64,000 bases of DNA, from the NCBI GenBank assembly GCA_944321365.1, contig CALULA010000004.1:42907-106906 (forward strand). Direction: 5' to 3'. A program made the position numbers and the translations under genes. Of this stretch, positions 61,186 through 64,000 are shown piece by piece. The DNA comes from an uncultured Paraprevotella sp. Lineage in GTDB: Bacteria; Bacteroidota; Bacteroidia; Bacteroidales; Bacteroidaceae. The stretch's first letter is position 1, and each line of letters opens with the position of its first letter. The notes beneath the pieces are model-generated. The model was given only the letters and a program-made list of their open reading frames with translations. It did not search any database and was not told where the DNA came from.

Positions 61186-61259
61186 TTGCGCAAGGATGCC
61201 AGCGGTCTTGCGCAAGAATGCAGATGAGCTTGCGCAAAACCGGATAAGGTATAGCGCAA
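61186..61259. repeat. 22-bp-period palindrome array (locus E)
   Basis: Cores at 61186, 61208, 61230 (all ttgcgcaa) and 61252 tagcgcaa. Confidence 0.9.
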
Positions 61260-61307
61260 GGCCGTCCGCCGTCTGGGCCGGCCGCTGTACAGATGCAGGG
61301 CCGAGTG

Positions 61308-61901
61308 TTATGATTTCATGCTGTCCGTCGCGTCTGTCAATGAGTCCGGCGGGGACAGTTTTTTCTTAATCACGGCCGGATTGCCTGCGGCCATACAGTC
61401 CGACGGGATGTCGTGCACCACTACGCTTCCTGCGGCGATGATGCAGCGGTCGCCGATGGTTACGCCCGGACAGATGGTGACATTGCCGCCTATCCAGCAG
61501 TCTTGCCCGATGCTGACGGGGTAGGAATATTCTTTGGATGTGCGCCGTTCCGCCGGGTCGATGGGATGATGGGGGGTATAGATTTGTACGGACGGGCCGA
61601 CCAGTGTGTGTGCACCGATTGTGATGAGGCCGCCGTCGAGGAACGTACAGTTGGCGTTGACGAATACGTGTTCGCCCAACCGTATGCCGTGTCCGTGGTC
61701 GCAGTGGAACGGTGGGCATATTATGGAAGAAGGAGGAATGTCCGGGATCAGCTCTTCCAGCAGGCTGCGGTAGTCGTTGTCGTAGGTGCTGCGTGTGCGC
61801 ATTTGGGCCAACAGACGTTTGCAGTGCCTGAAGCTGTCTTGTATCTCCGGTGCGTTCATGTCGGCCAGTAAGCCGTTGCGCATTTTTTCCATCTCATTCA
61901 T
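61308..61901 (-). CDS. Sugar O-acetyltransferase (maltose O-acetyltransferase family)
   Basis: [34 protein letters not shown] hexapeptide repeats. Confidence 0.93.
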   Translation of the reverse strand: MNEMEKMRNGLLADMNAPEIQDSFRHCKRLLAQMRTRSTYDNDYRSLLEELIPDIPPSSIICPPFHCDHGHGIRLGEHVFVNANCTFLDGGLITIGAHTLVGPSVQIYTPHHPIDPAERRTSKEYSYPVSIGQDCWIGGNVTICPGVTIGDRCIIAAGSVVVHDIPSDCMAAGNPAVIKKKLSPPDSLTDATDSMKS

Positions 61902-61934
61902 AGGCGTATGTTGTTGTGTGGCATGTCGGTGTGT

Positions 61935-64000
61935 TCAGGCCGGTGTTGTGCCGGTGTCTTCCGCAAGTTTGCTCTTGAGGTACCGTCCGGTGTAGCTTTG
62001 AGGGCAGGCAGCCACCTCTTGCGGTGTGCCGCACACCACGATGTTGCCCCCGTTGTTGCCCCCTTCCGGTCCGAGGTCGATGATGTAGTCGGCACATTTG
62101 ATGACGTCCAGGTTGTGTTCGATGATGATCAGCGTGTGTCCGCGTTCGATGAGTGCGTTGAACGAGTCCAGCAGTCGCCTGATGTCGTGCAGATGAAGCC
62201 CGGTGGTCGGTTCGTCAAAGATGAATATGGTGGGTTCTGTTTTCTCCATGCCGAGGTAATAGGCCAGCTTGACGCGCTGGTTCTCACCGCCGGAGAGCGT
62301 GCTGGATGACTGTCCCAGTTTGATGTATCCCAGGCCCACGTCCTGAAGTGTCTTGAGTTTTGCCGCGATTTTTTCCTGCCGGTGTTCATTGAAAAACTCG
62401 ATGGCCTGGTTCACGGTCATGTTCAGAATGTCATTGATGTCCTGTCCTTCAAATTTCACTTCCAGCAGGTCTTTCTTGAAACGTTTGCCGTGGCATGATT
62501 CGCATTCCAGTACAAGGTCGGCCATGAATTGCATTTCCACTTTCACCGTTCCCTCTCCTTTGCATTCTTCGCACCGTCCGCCCTCGGTGTTGAAGGAGAA
62601 GAAGCCGGCCGTATAGCCCATTTGTTGTGCCAGTGGCTGTGAAGCGAACAGCTTGCGTATCTCATCATAGGCTTTGACATAGGTGACGGGGTTGCTCCGT
62701 GAAGACTTTCCGATGGGGTTTTGGTCTACGAACTCTATGTTTTTGACCATCTGCAGGTCGCCGCCCAGTTTGAGATACTCACCCGGCAGGTCGGCTGCTT
62801 TGTCCAGTTGACGCATCATGGCGCGGTAGAACGTGTCGCGCACCAGGGTGGATTTCCCGGACCCGCTCACACCGGTGACTACGGTCATGACATTGAGCGG
62901 GAAGATGACGTTGATGCCTTTCAGGTTGTTGCTTCTTGCGCCTTGCAGCTCGATGCGGTTGTTCCAGGGGCGCGGGCTGTCGGGCAGTGCTATTCGCTCT
63001 TGTCCGGTCAGGTATTTCACGGTGTAGCTTTTGCTGTCGGTCTGTTGTCCTTTGTCGAGCATCTGTTGCAGATTGCCTTGGAACACGACTTCACCGCCCA
63101 GCCGTCCGGCTTTGGGACCGATGTCGATAATATAATCTGCGGCGCGGATGATTTCTTCGTCGTGTTCCACTACGATGACGGTATTCCCTATTTGTTGCAG
63201 TTGCCGCAGTACGTGGATGAGCCGGTCGGTGTCGCGGCTGTGCAGTCCGATGCTGGGCTCGTCCAGGATGTAGAGCGATCCCACCAGACTGCTGCCCAGT
63301 GAGGTGGCCAGATTGATGCGCTGGCTTTCACCGCCGGAAAGGGTGTTGCTCGGTCGGTTCAGCGTGAGATAGCCCAGTCCGACGTCCAGCAGGAACTGCA
63401 GGCGGTTGTTGATTTCGTCCAGCAACCGCTTGGCAATCTGCTTTTCGTTGTCGGTGAGCACCAGCGTGTCGAAGAACTGTTTCAGGATGTTGACAGGCAG
63501 TTCGGTCAGTTCGGAGATGGAGCGTCCGCCGATTTTCACGTAGCCGGCTTCAGGGCGCAGGCGTGTGCCGTGGCATTGCGGGCAAGTGGTCTTCCCCTGA
63601 TAGCGTGCCAGCATGACCCGGTATTGTATTTTGTATGATTCGCTTTTCAGCATCTGGAAGAAATTGTCCAGACAAGGTTCGGTCGGGTGATCCGGTGAGT
63701 CCGGATGCCCGTGCCACAGATAGTCTTTCTGTTCGCGGGTCAGTTCATAGTAGGGCGTGAATACGGGGAAGTTGGTTTTCAGGGCTTCGCGGCAGAAATC
63801 TGTTTTCCATTGCCCCATGACTTCTCCTCGCCAACAGGCTACGGCTCCCTCATATATGCTGAGCGTGCTGTTGGGAATGACCAGTTTTTCGTCCGGACCG
63901 ATGATTTTGCCGAAACCTTCGCATCTCGGACATGCTCCGACCGGTGAGTTGAAAGCAAACATGTGGTCTGACGGCTCCTCGAAAGTCATGCCGTCGGCTT
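61935..64000 (-). CDS. uvrA: Excinuclease ABC subunit A (5'-truncated by window edge)
   Basis: FAFNSPVGACPRC, LSGGESQRI, GVSGSGKST, FSFNTEGGRCEEC, LSGGENQRVKLA. Confidence 0.97.
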   Translation of the reverse strand, partial: ADGMTFEEPSDHMFAFNSPVGACPRCEGFGKIIGPDEKLVIPNSTLSIYEGAVACWRGEVMGQWKTDFCREALKTNFPVFTPYYELTREQKDYLWHGHPDSPDHPTEPCLDNFFQMLKSESYKIQYRVMLARYQGKTTCPQCHGTRLRPEAGYVKIGGRSISELTELPVNILKQFFDTLVLTDNEKQIAKRLLDEINNRLQFLLDVGLGYLTLNRPSNTLSGGESQRINLATSLGSSLVGSLYILDEPSIGLHSRDTDRLIHVLRQLQQIGNTVIVVEHDEEIIRAADYIIDIGPKAGRLGGEVVFQGNLQQMLDKGQQTDSKSYTVKYLTGQERIALPDSPRPWNNRIELQGARSNNLKGINVIFPLNVMTVVTGVSGSGKSTLVRDTFYRAMMRQLDKAADLPGEYLKLGGDLQMVKNIEFVDQNPIGKSSRSNPVTYVKAYDEIRKLFASQPLAQQMGYTAGFFSFNTEGGRCEECKGEGTVKVEMQFMADLVLECESCHGKRFKKDLLEVKFEGQDINDILNMTVNQAIEFFNEHRQEKIAAKLKTLQDVGLGYIKLGQSSSTLSGGENQRVKLAYYLGMEKTEPTIFIFDEPTTGLHLHDIRRLLDSFNALIERGHTLIIIEHNLDVIKCADYIIDLGPEGGNNGGNIVVCGTPQEVAACPQSYTGRYLKSKLAEDTGTTPA

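Overview
Bacteroidales chromosome segment, probably Prevotellaceae-like (inferred from TAnnTTTG promoters and Prevotella-style T9SS C-terminal domains). Most of it is conserved housekeeping and envelope synteny: ppiD/CNNM/lptC/OMP/coaX, lnb/PafA-like/secA, hppA, valS, an RND pump, split thrE, mazG, ECF/L,D-transpeptidase/rnz/rpsA, pfkA, a peptidoglycan-salvage-type cluster, rlmN/pdxA/lptE/secG, and uvrA. I recognised no tRNA, rRNA, CRISPR array, transposase or recombinase. Main unexplained signals: (1) two back-to-back candidate invertible promoters (45554-45765, 46129-46298) sharing the motif CTCTT-nGn-AAGAGATAyA but with different cores, lying between a large T9SS-type surface protein plus a YxxP micropeptide and a DUF4595-like lipoprotein; (2) six intergenic arrays of TTGCGCAA-like palindromes at an exact 22-bp period; (3) an AcrB-TolC single ORF with an internal lipobox; (4) a GT2-DUF4922-SpoIID triple fusion next to an AmpG-like transporter and a sugar kinase; (5) a candidate sRNA, a candidate attenuator leader, and a catalytically degenerate PafA homolog. 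All family calls come from motif recognition by eye; no database search was run.
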